The translations under genes were made by a program, and so were the position numbers. Shown piece after piece: positions 46,360 through 57,320 of a DNA stretch of 64,000 bases. The stretch is from Candidatus Dojkabacteria bacterium (GTDB taxonomy: Bacteria > Patescibacteriota > Dojkabacteria > SC72): NCBI GenBank assembly GCA_040767225.1, contig JAXGOY010000002.1, forward strand, positions 17,410 to 81,409. The letters are read 5' to 3'. The notes below the pieces were generated by a model. It was not told where the DNA came from. It did not search any database and saw only the letters and a program-made list of their open reading frames with translations. Position 1 is the stretch's first letter. Each line of letters starts with the position of its first letter.

Positions 46360-48597
46360 ATGAAGGACGATATTTCAAAAACATTTCAACAGGAAGAAAG
46401 AGACATATATTCTCTTTGGGAAAGTTCTGGTTTGTTTAATCCTGATAATATGGAGAAATTCTTAAAAGAGAAGAAGGTTGAAGTAAAGAAACCTTTCACA
46501 ATTTCTCTTCCTCCTCCTAATGCTAATGGTAATTTACATCTTGGGCATATGTGTGGTTACTCTTTTCATGATGCAATAGGGAGATATATGAGAATGACAG
46601 GTCATCCTACACTTCTTCTGCCTGGGAAAGACCATGCAGGTATCCAAACTGAAACTGCATTTAGTGCAGAGCTGGAAAGGCGAGGAGAGAGTAAATGGGA
46701 GATGGGAAGGGAAGAATTCTTTAAACAGTGTTATGACTTTTGTATGAAGAATGCATCTAATGCAAGGGAGCAGGAGAAAAATATTGGGCTTAGTGCCGAT
46801 TACAGTAGAGAATTTTTTACATTAGATCCAAGACTTACAAAGGTTGTATATGAGACTTTTGAGATGCTGTTTAAGGGTGGATTGGTATACAGAGATAAAA
46901 GGATTGTAAATGTTTGTCCTAATTGTAAGACTGCATTAGCAGATATTGATACAGAGCATGAAGAAAGAAGAGGAATATTTGCGTTTATTAAATACCCTGT
47001 TGTTGGAAGCAGGGGTGAATATATTATAGTTGCAACTACAAGACCTGAAACAATGCTTGGGGATAGTGCTGTTGCAGTAAATCCTAAGGATGAGAGATAC
47101 AAAAAACATATTGGTAAAAAGGTTTTGCTCCCTATTCAAAACAAAGAAATTCCAGTTATTGCAGATGAAAGTGTTGATATGGAAGTAGGTACTGGTGCAG
47201 TTAAAGTAACCCCTGCTCACTCCCCAGTTGATTTTGATTTAGGTAAAAAACATGGTCTTGAAATTGTCAATGTTATTGATGAAAACGGAAAGATGACAGG
47301 AGATATTCCTGAGAAATACAAAGGAATGCACACTATTACTTGCTCAAAACAGCTTTGTGAAGATTTGGACAAACTGGGCCTGCTTGAAGATATTCAAAAC
47401 ATTAAACATGATGTAGCGATATGTGAGAGATGTGGTACTCCTGTTGAACCAATAATCTCAAATCAGTGGTTTGTTAATGTAGATAATTTAGCAGAAAAAG
47501 CACTTGGAGCACTTGAAAATGGTGATGTTAGGGTAATTCCTCATGGTCAACAGAAAGCATTAGAGTTTTTCTTTGAGAATATTAAGCCATGGTGTATTTC
47601 AAGGCAGTTATGGTGGGGGCAAAGAATTCCTGTATGGTACAGTGGAGGTAAAAAGCTTTATGATTGGTTAAATGAAAACAAAGGAAAGACGGTTAAGGAT
47701 TTTGAGAAAGAGTTTAATGTTAAGGTAAAAGGTGATGGGAGCATATATATTGGAGAGAAGCCACCTAAAACAGAAGGTGAATGGGAAGCTGAAACTGATG
47801 TCTTTGATACTTGGTTTAGTTCTGGTCAATGGCCGTTTTCTACTCTAGGAGGGCCTGATGGAGAGGATTTTAAGAAATACTATCCTACACAAACAATGAT
47901 TCATGCAAGAGATATTCTTTTTTGGTGGTCTGCTAGAATGCTTATGCTTGGAATATACAGAACAGGGCAGGTCCCTTTTAATACAATTTTTTTAACAGGA
48001 ATGATTTTAGCTTCTGATGGTTCAAAGATGTCAAAAAGTAAAGGGAATGGTGTTGAGCCTCAAGAGGTTTTCGATAAATATGGGGCTGATGCTCTTAGAC
48101 TTTGGTATTATTCTGATGCTCTTCCTGGTTCTAATGCTCCTTTAAGGGAAGAAAAGATAAAAGGAAACAGAAATTTTGTTAACAAGATATGGAATGCAAG
48201 TAGGTTTATAATCTTAAATATTGATGAGAGTGAGATAGGGAAAGTTGCTAATTTTAAGGTAGATATGAAGCTTGAAAGAGTAAAACAAACAGAGGCACAT
48301 ATACAAAAGGTAAGCAAGTACATTGAGAAATATCAGTTTAATCTTGGTGCAGAGGCTATAAGGGAGTTCTTCTGGCATCAGCTTTGTGATATATGGATAG
48401 AAGAAGTAAAAAAAGAGATTAAAGATGAGAGTATTGGTTCTGAGAAGAGGATTGAGAAGCTTTCAGAGCTTTTATACATTTTAAAAAGAAATTTGATAAT
48501 TATGCATCCTTTTGTTCCTTTTGTTACAGAGTCTGTATGGCAGGAGTTAGTGAAGTTACATCTTGCAGATGGGCTTTTAATGAGTCAACAGATATAA
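46360..48597 (+). CDS. valS: Valyl-tRNA synthetase (short, lacks the usual C-terminal coiled-coil)
   Basis: 745 aa. PPPNANGNLHLGHM (HIGH), GKDHAGIQTE, KMSKSKGN (KMSKS), anticodon-binding region ending ...MHPFVPFVTESVWQEL. Confidence 0.85.
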   Translation: MKDDISKTFQQEERDIYSLWESSGLFNPDNMEKFLKEKKVEVKKPFTISLPPPNANGNLHLGHMCGYSFHDAIGRYMRMTGHPTLLLPGKDHAGIQTETAFSAELERRGESKWEMGREEFFKQCYDFCMKNASNAREQEKNIGLSADYSREFFTLDPRLTKVVYETFEMLFKGGLVYRDKRIVNVCPNCKTALADIDTEHEERRGIFAFIKYPVVGSRGEYIIVATTRPETMLGDSAVAVNPKDERYKKHIGKKVLLPIQNKEIPVIADESVDMEVGTGAVKVTPAHSPVDFDLGKKHGLEIVNVIDENGKMTGDIPEKYKGMHTITCSKQLCEDLDKLGLLEDIQNIKHDVAICERCGTPVEPIISNQWFVNVDNLAEKALGALENGDVRVIPHGQQKALEFFFENIKPWCISRQLWWGQRIPVWYSGGKKLYDWLNENKGKTVKDFEKEFNVKVKGDGSIYIGEKPPKTEGEWEAETDVFDTWFSSGQWPFSTLGGPDGEDFKKYYPTQTMIHARDILFWWSARMLMLGIYRTGQVPFNTIFLTGMILASDGSKMSKSKGNGVEPQEVFDKYGADALRLWYYSDALPGSNAPLREEKIKGNRNFVNKIWNASRFIILNIDESEIGKVANFKVDMKLERVKQTEAHIQKVSKYIEKYQFNLGAEAIREFFWHQLCDIWIEEVKKEIKDESIGSEKRIEKLSELLYILKRNLIIMHPFVPFVTESVWQELVKLHLADGLLMSQQI

Positions 48598-48909
48598 ATA
48601 TTTCAAAGGAAGGAAGATGGAGAGAGTCAACGATAGAAATCGTAAATATTAATATAAAGAAACAATTATTAATATTTATAGACTCTCTCCATTGGGAAAG
48701 CATCAAAATACTAATGCTTTCTAGAGAATGGATCACCCCCTTTCCCTTTCTGTCTTACGATATTAAACATTGGTTTCTGTTTTTTCTTTTCCTCCTCCTT
48801 GGAAGAAATAGTTGTTAACTTTCCCCCTTTAAGACAGCGAAAATTCAAGGATTTGGTCATATTCCACCTCCACTCTCATTATATCAAAAAACCTTTGAAA
48901 ATGCAGTAT

Positions 48910-50673
48910 TTATTGTATCTTTTCAAACAATATCTCTGGAGTATTTAAATGAGTACCACTATCTATTTGAGTAAACTTCCAATTATTTAGTATTTTACTT
49001 ACTTTACCATTCTTCTCTAAATCAATATTTTGATCATATTCATCTTGTATATTAAGCATAATTTTAAGCTTTTCAGAACTATTAGGTGTAAAAGGCTTTA
49101 GAAGTATCCTTAATGCATTAACTAACTGTATTGAGTTAAAAATAGTATTCTCACAATCTTTAATATTTTCTTTAAATGATACCCATGGAGCTTTATCATT
49201 AAAATATTTGTTTGCAAAATCTCCTAAATGAAGAAGTTCTTCACTTGCTTTTACAAACTCACATTTTTCTATATACTCTCCTATTTTGTTAAATTCCTTT
49301 TCTATTTCTTTTTGTACATTATTCTCTAAACTTCCCTTAGGAACAGTATTATTAAACTTTGTATTAACAAATGTAAGTGTTCTGTTTATAAAATTACCAA
49401 TGTTAGCTACAAGTTCATTGTTATTACAATCAATAAAATCAGACCATTCAAACTCTCTATCATGATTTTCAGGAGAGTTTCTTACAAAGAAGAACCTTAT
49501 TAAATCAGGACTATACTTTTCAAGAAGTGAATCTGCACTCATTCCAGTATTATCACTCTTTGACATCTTCTTTCCTTTGTAAAGAAGCATTTTGTTAGCA
49601 GGGACATCATATGGTAGATTTAGTTTTTCTCTTTTACTCTCCCCTGGTAGTTTGTATTTCTCCCACAAAACATCATTAGTATATTTTTCATTGTATGCAA
49701 TTAACTGTCCAGGCCATATTATCGTATGAAATGGGACATTCCCACCTGCGATAAAATAGTAATGTTTACAGTCTGGGTCTTTCCAAAAGTTTTCCCATTT
49801 ACTTGAATCTCCACTCTTTTGTGCCCATTCTATTGATGCAGAGAGATACCCTATTACTGCCTCCATCCATACATATATTACTTTGTCTTCCCATCCTTGA
49901 ACTGGAACAGCTATTCCAAATTTCATATCTCTTGTTACCTCTCTTGGTTCCAGTCCTTCATTAATCCAACCTTTTGAAAATTCTCTTACCCATTTTCTCC
50001 AGTGAATACCTTGTTTATCTATCCACTCTGAAAGTGGTTTCTCTAATTTCTTAAGATCAAGATAAAAATGTTCTGTTTCTTTTAATACAGGTTTGGTATC
50101 TGAAAGGGTACTGTATGGATTAATTAAGTCTGTTGGTTTAAGAAATGCACCGCATGTTGGACATTCATCTCCTCTTGCATTTGGCTCACCGCAGTTTGGA
50201 CATGTTCCTCTTACATATCTATCAGGAAGAAATTTCCCTACCTTTTCATCAAAAAATTGTTTTGATTTTTTAGGATAGAGATATCCAAGTTCTTTAAGTA
50301 CTAAAAAGATATTCTGTGTAACTTCTTTATGATTTTCAGTTGTAGTAGATGTATAGTTCTCATATATTAAAGAAAGTTTTTTGAATGTTTCTTTAATCTC
50401 TTTATGAGATTGCTGAGCGAGTTTTTCAGGTTCTATTCCAAGTTCTTGTGCTTTAAAGAGTATGGGGGTACCGTGGCTATCACTTCCTGAAACCATTAAT
50501 ACCTCATTGCCCTTAAGTCTGTGATATCGTGCAAAGACATCACAGGTAATGTTTTGACCTGCTAGATGTCCTAAGTGAATTTTTCCACTAGCATATGGCC
50601 ATGAGACTCCGATAAATATTTTGTTTGTATTGCTTTTATTCATAATTTCAGTTTTAATTATATCAGAATACAA
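48910..50673 (-). CDS. metG: Methionyl-tRNA synthetase
   Basis: 587 aa. YASGKIHLGHLAG (HIGH), zinc knuckle CPNCGEPNARGDECPTCG, KMSKSDNTG (KMSKS). Confidence 0.9.
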   Translation of the reverse strand: MYSDIIKTEIMNKSNTNKIFIGVSWPYASGKIHLGHLAGQNITCDVFARYHRLKGNEVLMVSGSDSHGTPILFKAQELGIEPEKLAQQSHKEIKETFKKLSLIYENYTSTTTENHKEVTQNIFLVLKELGYLYPKKSKQFFDEKVGKFLPDRYVRGTCPNCGEPNARGDECPTCGAFLKPTDLINPYSTLSDTKPVLKETEHFYLDLKKLEKPLSEWIDKQGIHWRKWVREFSKGWINEGLEPREVTRDMKFGIAVPVQGWEDKVIYVWMEAVIGYLSASIEWAQKSGDSSKWENFWKDPDCKHYYFIAGGNVPFHTIIWPGQLIAYNEKYTNDVLWEKYKLPGESKREKLNLPYDVPANKMLLYKGKKMSKSDNTGMSADSLLEKYSPDLIRFFFVRNSPENHDREFEWSDFIDCNNNELVANIGNFINRTLTFVNTKFNNTVPKGSLENNVQKEIEKEFNKIGEYIEKCEFVKASEELLHLGDFANKYFNDKAPWVSFKENIKDCENTIFNSIQLVNALRILLKPFTPNSSEKLKIMLNIQDEYDQNIDLEKNGKVSKILNNWKFTQIDSGTHLNTPEILFEKIQ

Positions 50674-50747
50674 TTTACTCTACTAATACTATGGAAACTT
50701 TTTAAAAACATCTGTATACTGTTAGTAGTAGATGGTATTACTGCCCT

Positions 50748-51305
50748 ATGTTTAACGAAAAAGAAGAAGCAAAATCTATAAATCTGTTAGAACCAGTAGG
50801 AAGTGGTGAAAGTGTTGGACAAATTTCAATTTCTTGGTTAACTACTATTGGGAAATGGATGCTTATTATTGTAGAAATTATCTCTTTAGCTGCATTTGGG
50901 TATAGATTTGTTATGGATGGGAAAAATAACGATTTAGCAGAGCAGATTAATAGTCAGGTTTCTACATTGGAGAATGCTACATGGAAGAAAAGTGTTGTTA
51001 GATATGGTAATTATCAGACTTTGTTAACTGATGTAAAAACTGTTAGGGATAAGCAGGAGATAAACTCGAATTTGATTTCAGAAGTTATTAATGGTGTTCC
51101 TTTAACTCTTAATGTTGAGAGTATCTCAATTAACAATGGAAAGGTTTCCCTATCCATTAAGACTACAGACTTTAATGCTTTAAGAAGTTATGAAGAGAAT
51201 TTAAAAAATAATACATATTACAGTGATGTCAGAGTAAATATTAACATGAAAGATGTAGAGTATGATGTAAGTATAAGTTTTAATGCTACAGGAAAAGTAG
51301 AATAA
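50748..51305 (+). CDS. PilN-like type IV pilus assembly protein
   Basis: 185 aa. N-terminal SINLLEP (INLL(P)-type PilM-binding motif), single TM, periplasmic ferredoxin-like region. Confidence 0.55.
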   Translation: MFNEKEEAKSINLLEPVGSGESVGQISISWLTTIGKWMLIIVEIISLAAFGYRFVMDGKNNDLAEQINSQVSTLENATWKKSVVRYGNYQTLLTDVKTVRDKQEINSNLISEVINGVPLTLNVESISINNGKVSLSIKTTDFNALRSYEENLKNNTYYSDVRVNINMKDVEYDVSISFNATGKVE

Positions 51306-51306
51306 C

Positions 51307-51936
51307 ATGGCAATAGAAGATAACAGTGAAAGAAAAGTTGAATATGTAAAGATTGCAAAAGAAGGTTCTAATAAAAGGGCAGAGACAATCTTTACAGGAT
51401 TAACATATATTGCAGCAATTCTATTGATTGTTTTTGCTATTGTTCCTACAGTAAATACTGTTAGAAGTATTGATAAAGAGATAAAAGAAAAAGAAAGAAT
51501 CTCTGCTGCACTTAAGAATAAGCTTCAGACATTAAGTAGTTTAGATGAACAGTATAATAATAACAAGAAGGCATTTGAGGATATAACTTTAATATTTCCT
51601 GCAGATGAGAATTTCAGCTTGTTGTTAGCTAATATTGAGCCGATTGTTACAAGGAATAGTTTTGTTTTAAAGTCTATATCATTTTCTGAAGTAAAAGGAT
51701 CTGCAAAGGAAGATTTAGGCCTAAATACAACTGTACTTATTCCTTACAATGTAAGAATAAACGTTGGAGGAAATAAATCTAATTTAATGATACTGCTTAA
51801 AGAACTTGAGAGTCTTCCTATGTATCCTGTTATAGAGGGGATATCATATAGTAATAAAATAGAGAAAGATGGAACTACTAATTATTCAATTACTTTAAGA
51901 GTATACAATATAAAAGATGTAAATTTTTATGAATAG
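51307..51936 (+). CDS. PilO-like type IV pilus assembly protein
   Basis: 209 aa. N-terminal TM, coiled coil (KEIKEKERISAALKNKLQTLSSLDEQ), C-terminal domain of PilO-like size. Translationally coupled to the upstream gene. Confidence 0.5.
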   Translation: MAIEDNSERKVEYVKIAKEGSNKRAETIFTGLTYIAAILLIVFAIVPTVNTVRSIDKEIKEKERISAALKNKLQTLSSLDEQYNNNKKAFEDITLIFPADENFSLLLANIEPIVTRNSFVLKSISFSEVKGSAKEDLGLNTTVLIPYNVRINVGGNKSNLMILLKELESLPMYPVIEGISYSNKIEKDGTTNYSITLRVYNIKDVNFYE

Positions 51937-51939
51937 AAT

Positions 51940-52194
51940 ATGGAAATAGTAAGAAAATATGTTCCAATAATTGTGCTTACCATTATTCTTGTAATAGTAT
52001 GGGTAGGGATTTTACTTTTCTCTAAGAAATCTTTATCTACAATAAATCCTAAAGCAGAGGAATATACAGCTCCCTTAAATTCCTCTTTTGATGAGGAGGT
52101 GTTAAATGATGTATCTAAGAGGATTGATGATACATATGCTATTCCTCCTTCTTCATTTTTTGATATGGTTAAGACAGAAGAGTCCGCTAATTAA
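51940..52194 (+). CDS. Small membrane-anchored protein (possibly PilP/minor component)
   Basis: 84 aa. N-terminal TM. Third gene of the tightly packed pilN/pilO-like operon. Confidence 0.3.
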   Translation: MEIVRKYVPIIVLTIILVIVWVGILLFSKKSLSTINPKAEEYTAPLNSSFDEEVLNDVSKRIDDTYAIPPSSFFDMVKTEESAN

Positions 52195-53276
52195 CGGTTT
52201 ATATAATCATCTAGCTTTTTATCAGATGATTTTTCTTTAAGTTTCTTTAATGCTTTAGCTTCAATTTGTCTTATTCTTTCTCTTGTTACTCCAAACTCTC
52301 TACCTACTTCTTCTAATGTCCTGCTTACACCATCTGTTAGACCAAATCTTAATGAAAGGACTTTTCTTTCTCTATCTTGCAGGGAGTCAAGAATATCTCT
52401 AAGTTGATTTTTTAAGTATTCAGAACTTGCATAATCCTCTGGGCTTTGTGACCATTCATCGGGAAGAATATCTTGCAATTTACTATCCTTTTCATCTCCA
52501 ATTGGAGTTGCAAGAGAAGAGGGATTTTGTTTTATCTTTCTTATTTCTGCTATTTTATCCAGCTCTATATCCATTTCTTTAGCAATTTCTTCATCTGTAG
52601 GTTGTCTTCCGAGTCTAGTAGCTAATGTAGTACTTACTTTATTGAATTTATTTATAGTTTCAATCATATGTACAGGGACACGAATAGTTCTTGCTTGATC
52701 AGCAATTGCTCTTGTTATTGCCTGCCTTATCCACCATGTAGCATAGGTAGAAAACTTAAAACCTTTGTGATAATCAAATTTCTCAACTGCTCTCATAAGG
52801 CCGATATTTCCTTCTTGAATAAGGTCTAAGAGTTCTAGTCCGCTTTTACTATACTTTTTAGCAATACTTACAACCAATCTTAAATTAGCAGTAATTAATA
52901 ACTGTGCAGCTTCTTTATCACCTTTCTCAATTCTTTTAGCAAGTATAACTTCTTCATCTGCAGTAAGAAGTGGGATTTTCCCTATTTCATAAAGGTATGA
53001 CCTTATTGCATCTGTTGACAGGGTTGATTGTATTGTTTTAAGTATTCTTATCTTCTTTTCAAGAGTTAGATTCTCACTATCTGGAGATATATTTTCTTCT
53101 GGTTCAAGTACTTCTATTTCATTCTCTTGTAGTTCTTTAAAAATATCATCAAGTAGTACAATGTCTTCCTCTATTGTAGGGAATATCTCTAAAATATCTT
53201 CCTGTGAGAGAAAGCCCTGTTGTTTTCCTTTTTTAACAAGTTGCTCTATATATTTTGATTTATTTGATTTGTTCAT
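52191..53276 (-). CDS. rpoD: RNA polymerase sigma-70 factor RpoD (compact form)
   Basis: 361 aa. Region 2 [37 protein letters not shown], region 4 [20 protein letters not shown]. Confidence 0.9.
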   Translation of the reverse strand: MNKSNKSKYIEQLVKKGKQQGFLSQEDILEIFPTIEEDIVLLDDIFKELQENEIEVLEPEENISPDSENLTLEKKIRILKTIQSTLSTDAIRSYLYEIGKIPLLTADEEVILAKRIEKGDKEAAQLLITANLRLVVSIAKKYSKSGLELLDLIQEGNIGLMRAVEKFDYHKGFKFSTYATWWIRQAITRAIADQARTIRVPVHMIETINKFNKVSTTLATRLGRQPTDEEIAKEMDIELDKIAEIRKIKQNPSSLATPIGDEKDSKLQDILPDEWSQSPEDYASSEYLKNQLRDILDSLQDRERKVLSLRFGLTDGVSRTLEEVGREFGVTRERIRQIEAKALKKLKEKSSDKKLDDYINR

Positions 53277-53302
53277 TTTACTGTTATGGTATAATTTAAT
53301 AT

Positions 53303-53632
53303 ATGGGCAAGGACTTAAATGACAAAAAACAATTTTTTATTGATACAATAGCTAAATTTTGTGATAAATGCGGTCATCCTTACTCTGTAGAGGATTTAGA
53401 AATAATACAAGATACAGACATCTCAAGTATTATACACTTCTCATGCCCAAATTGTAAATCAAATCACATTGCTACATATTTTAAACCTATTGGTATAAGC
53501 AATAGAATGCCTATAAACACGGATTTAGATGTTGAAGAGATTAGCAAATTTGCATCTATGAGAGAAACATCTGTTGAAGAGATACTAGATTTATACCTGT
53601 ATTTAAAAGGGAAAGAGAAAGTTAGAATCTAG
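53303..53632 (+). CDS. Hypothetical zinc-ribbon protein
   Basis: 109 aa. CDKCGH...CPNCKS four-Cys arrangement. Confidence 0.35.
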   Translation: MGKDLNDKKQFFIDTIAKFCDKCGHPYSVEDLEIIQDTDISSIIHFSCPNCKSNHIATYFKPIGISNRMPINTDLDVEEISKFASMRETSVEEILDLYLYLKGKEKVRI

Positions 53633-53633
53633 A

Positions 53634-56600
53634 CTATCTTTGCCATGATATATAGAAGTGCTGGTCTGATGATAGCTCAAATCTTCTATTTACATTATTT
53701 TCTATTCTTGTTAATCCTTCACTGTTTTCAACAATCCATTCTGACGGGTAGCTTAAAGAGAGGCTGTATGAATCTTTTCTGCTCCCAGGCTGTTTAAATA
53801 TGTATATATCCATCTGATAGTTTGTATCTGTTTTAAGCAATGGGAAGTTTGTATTATTAGCTGTTTTATTTAATCTGTATCTAAGTTCTAATGTTAAAGT
53901 TTGTTGAATTGGTACATTAAACCAACCTGCAATTACTTTATACCCATTTTCTATGTACATGTCATAGCTGTTATTTGTTAATCCACGAAGTGCTGTTATT
54001 TCTGCATTGTATGGTACATATATCCTTATATAGTTTCTATACTCTCCTTGCGGAAACTCTTCTTTAGTAGAGTCATTTTCTATTGTAACTTGATATGTAT
54101 AATCAATAGTTTTTTCATCTTTAACTTGAATATTTAAGGTATGATTCTTTTTTATATATAGATTGGCTTTATTCCCACCCCAGTTCCAATCAATATTTAT
54201 AGGTGCTACTGCAAACTTCTGTTCTAAATTACTCACCCAGCCATTTTCATTTAAATATGATTGAGCTGAAGCATTTTTAAATGAGAAAAGAATATGTTTT
54301 TCATCAATAGAGTCTTTTACAACCTCATATACATCTTTGTTATCTGTTATCTTGTTTGAAAATATCTTTGTAATTACAGAATTAAAGAAGTCTGCCAAGA
54401 AAACAGATGTTCTTGAATCAGAAACTAAACCAGTTGTAGGCTCCTTAAAAACTCTTGGATAGAAGTTCTCTGAATTTATTAATTCACTTTCTCCAGCTAC
54501 CTCTATTCCGCCCCATTTATCAAGGAGCCTTTGAATAAAAACTGTATCTAATGTAATAACTCCATCTAGAGAGTTTCCTTTTCCTAAATCATAGACAAAT
54601 TGCTCAGAGTAAAGAAGAACATTCTCTAGATTAGGATCCCAGTTAACCAATGGGAAAGAGAAAGGGACACCACCTAAGGCTTTAAGCATAGAGGTTGGAG
54701 TTTTGTATGTCTTTCCTTTTAATTTTAATAATGCTTGAGCATTATAGATATCATCTACAAACAGTTCTCTTATTTGTCCGTTTTCTATTGCTACTATTGC
54801 ATAATCTGATATCCATCCGCCAGTACTTCGTATCTCTCCGTTATCTTGAAATAGTATGAGATACCTTCTCCTTTGGTTTAAACCAAGTAGTTCTGGTAAA
54901 AACTCAGATATTTTTTCAATTGGTTCTACAGATGTTCTAATTTGAGAAACTAAATCTTTGTATTCATTTATTGTATTTTTTAATGATGAGGGATATCCTC
55001 TTGTATCTGCAGAAGAAATAAGGCTGTCTGCTAGAGATATTTTGTAAACTCCCTCTTGAAGTAAGTATCTGTTGTTTTTAATTGCCTCAAGGTAAGAAGT
55101 ATACTCTTGTGCATTCTCACTTTGTTGTGACTCAAAATTAATAGATGGTGTGAAGTCTTTTATATATAGTCCTAGGGGCTTAAGGCCGGTAGCAAGGTTT
55201 TGTCCACTTTCTGCAATATACTTTGTTCCTTGAATTACCTGGAAGAAATCTACATATTCCTTATTTTTTCCTAGAAGCTTAAATAGCCATGAGAGTCTAT
55301 TAAAACTATCCTCAACTCTTGATGCATTGGTAGAGAGAGATTCTGTTGTTTTCTCTATTTCATCAAAATTAAGCTCTGTGATTGATTGTTTAAGTTCATC
55401 TCCTTGTGTTTGTATAAAATGCCCCCCTATTGCAATTCCTATTATTGGGGTTATTAAGTAGTAAAAAAGTAAAACAAGGAGTGCAAAGAGAGATATATTT
55501 CTAAAAATTTTTCCATAATTAATTTCTTTAAACAGTTTATCTGGTTCTTTAAGCTTTTGGAAAGGTTTTGTTATAGAGGATATAATCTGTCCTAATTTAG
55601 TCTGTGTAACAGCTGTTTGTGGGGTATATGACTTTTCTTTTTCTCTTTCTGTTTTATCTACCTCCCATTTCTTATCTGCTTTTTCATAATATGCTTGTAC
55701 CTGTTGTATTGTTGCTTCTTCTAAAGAGACATTTTGTCTCCAGCCATACTGTGATGCATGAGGTGCAGGAACATAGAGGTCTTGGAGAATTGTACCTCCA
55801 TTTGTACTTTCTACAAACTTAATTGCTTCTGCTTCTACATCAAGTTCTAGTAATTTATATGCAATTGAAAGTGTTGAGTAGTCATTATTATTACATAATG
55901 AGATTACTTCGCCTTTTGTATCATCTGAGAATGTTAATTTAAGAATTCCATATACTGCATCACTTTCATGAATAAGATTGTGAATTTCAAGGCCTTCTCC
56001 TTCTATTTCTATTTGAGTTTTTTGTGTTGCATCTGTAAAGAGCTTATCAACAATAGGGTCTGATATCTTTGTAACACCTCTTCCAATGATTGTTCCTAGT
56101 CTAATTATTCTTAAATTTGCCCTTGTCTTATCTACATATTCAGCACAGAAGTTTTCTCCATATCTTTGAAGTTCAAGAGGGGTATATGGTTTTGCTTTTC
56201 CTGTTTGTTCATTATTTACAAGGTTAGAAAGTTCTCTATTTAATCTTAGTGATGTAACAAGAGATATTTTTGCTTTATACTTATTTGCAGCAGTAAGACT
56301 TTGGTTTAAGTAATCAGCTTCTGCAAGAAAATCTTTACTATCTACATTCTTTGATTCCTCTGCTTTCTCACCAAGCATATAATAGAGGTAATCTATTCGT
56401 GCTACTTTATCATAAAAAGCTTTTATGCCTTTGAAATCAATAAAACTAACCTTTCCTGATTTTTTAAGTTCAGTAAAATACTGCTTTGAGGTATTTGTAT
56501 ATTTATCAATGATTACTACATGACTTCCTTGTTCAAGAAGAGTTTTTGCTAGAAGAAAAGAGATATAGTTTCCTCCGTGAACTATAACAGAAACAGGGAG

Positions 56601-56636
56601 TTGTCCTTTTATTTTACTTAAATCCGCATTACTCAT
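53634..56636 (-). CDS. Fusion protein: N-terminal NAD(P)-binding epimerase/dehydratase-like Rossmann domain, TM segment, about 600-aa extracytoplasmic domain (DUF4012-like)
   Basis: 1000 aa. N-terminal VIVHGGNYISFLLAKTLLEQGSHVVIID Rossmann signature. TM ISLFALLVLLFYYLITPIIGIAIGGHFI near residue 380. Long C-terminal domain with no catalytic motif recognised. Confidence 0.5.
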   Translation of the reverse strand: MSNADLSKIKGQLPVSVIVHGGNYISFLLAKTLLEQGSHVVIIDKYTNTSKQYFTELKKSGKVSFIDFKGIKAFYDKVARIDYLYYMLGEKAEESKNVDSKDFLAEADYLNQSLTAANKYKAKISLVTSLRLNRELSNLVNNEQTGKAKPYTPLELQRYGENFCAEYVDKTRANLRIIRLGTIIGRGVTKISDPIVDKLFTDATQKTQIEIEGEGLEIHNLIHESDAVYGILKLTFSDDTKGEVISLCNNNDYSTLSIAYKLLELDVEAEAIKFVESTNGGTILQDLYVPAPHASQYGWRQNVSLEEATIQQVQAYYEKADKKWEVDKTEREKEKSYTPQTAVTQTKLGQIISSITKPFQKLKEPDKLFKEINYGKIFRNISLFALLVLLFYYLITPIIGIAIGGHFIQTQGDELKQSITELNFDEIEKTTESLSTNASRVEDSFNRLSWLFKLLGKNKEYVDFFQVIQGTKYIAESGQNLATGLKPLGLYIKDFTPSINFESQQSENAQEYTSYLEAIKNNRYLLQEGVYKISLADSLISSADTRGYPSSLKNTINEYKDLVSQIRTSVEPIEKISEFLPELLGLNQRRRYLILFQDNGEIRSTGGWISDYAIVAIENGQIRELFVDDIYNAQALLKLKGKTYKTPTSMLKALGGVPFSFPLVNWDPNLENVLLYSEQFVYDLGKGNSLDGVITLDTVFIQRLLDKWGGIEVAGESELINSENFYPRVFKEPTTGLVSDSRTSVFLADFFNSVITKIFSNKITDNKDVYEVVKDSIDEKHILFSFKNASAQSYLNENGWVSNLEQKFAVAPINIDWNWGGNKANLYIKKNHTLNIQVKDEKTIDYTYQVTIENDSTKEEFPQGEYRNYIRIYVPYNAEITALRGLTNNSYDMYIENGYKVIAGWFNVPIQQTLTLELRYRLNKTANNTNFPLLKTDTNYQMDIYIFKQPGSRKDSYSLSLSYPSEWIVENSEGLTRIENNVNRRFELSSDQHFYISWQR

Positions 56637-57279
56637 TATTTTCTACTAAATCAAAACTTACAGGGATGGGAAATTGATAGACCTTCACATTTAATATGTG
56701 TTTTTCCCTTATAACAATAGGAAATTCTAAATCCTCAAAATTAGGTGCAGAGATTTTTACATTATACTCTCCAGCAGTTAGTTCAAGATTTGTAACAGGG
56801 ATATTTTCTTCATATTTACTGCTTATTATTGCTTTTGCATTATCAGCATTAGAAGTTAATATGAGCTTTCCTTTGTTTTCACCAGTAGTATTATCTTGTG
56901 TGTAGTAGAGGATAAAGCCATGGAGATTATCATCTGGTCCTATCTCCATATTTATCCTAGATGTAGAATTCTTTGTTAATTTAATATTAAAGATATGAGG
57001 CTTATAAAAGCCACTGCTTTCAGATATCCTAGTTAATTCAACCTCATATTCATCTGCCACAAGCTCTGTAATTGTTGCAGGTGTTTCACCATAGCTCTTC
57101 CCATTTATTTTTACAGATGCCTTACCATTTGGTGTTGTTATTTCCAGTGTTGTATTTTTGTAAAATGTTTTAAGTACAGGTAAATTCTTTGCAATATCTT
57201 CAAAAGGGAAGAGAAAAAAAAGAACAGACAAAATTAGTAAAAGGATTATTAGTATATAGGCAGTTTTAGGCTTTTTCAT
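56629..57279 (-). CDS. Membrane-anchored PEGA-domain protein
   Basis: 216 aa. N-terminal TM. Two PEGA-like beta modules (..VKINGKSYGETPATITELVADEYEVELT.. and ..LTAGEYNVKISAPNFEDLEFPIV..). Confidence 0.45.
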   Translation of the reverse strand: MKKPKTAYILIILLLILSVLFFLFPFEDIAKNLPVLKTFYKNTTLEITTPNGKASVKINGKSYGETPATITELVADEYEVELTRISESSGFYKPHIFNIKLTKNSTSRINMEIGPDDNLHGFILYYTQDNTTGENKGKLILTSNADNAKAIISSKYEENIPVTNLELTAGEYNVKISAPNFEDLEFPIVIREKHILNVKVYQFPIPVSFDLVENNE

Positions 57280-57320
57280 ATACTCTAATTATATTGAAGC
57301 AATAAATATTTGTCCAGGAA

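Noticed and set aside
48537-48818. 93-aa plus-strand ORF overlapping the valS 3' end as a possible continuation of ValRS after a frameshift
   Set aside because: Its translation (…CRWAFNESTDINISKEGRW…) shows no ValRS anticodon-binding or coiled-coil similarity. The region is better explained as structured non-coding spacer.
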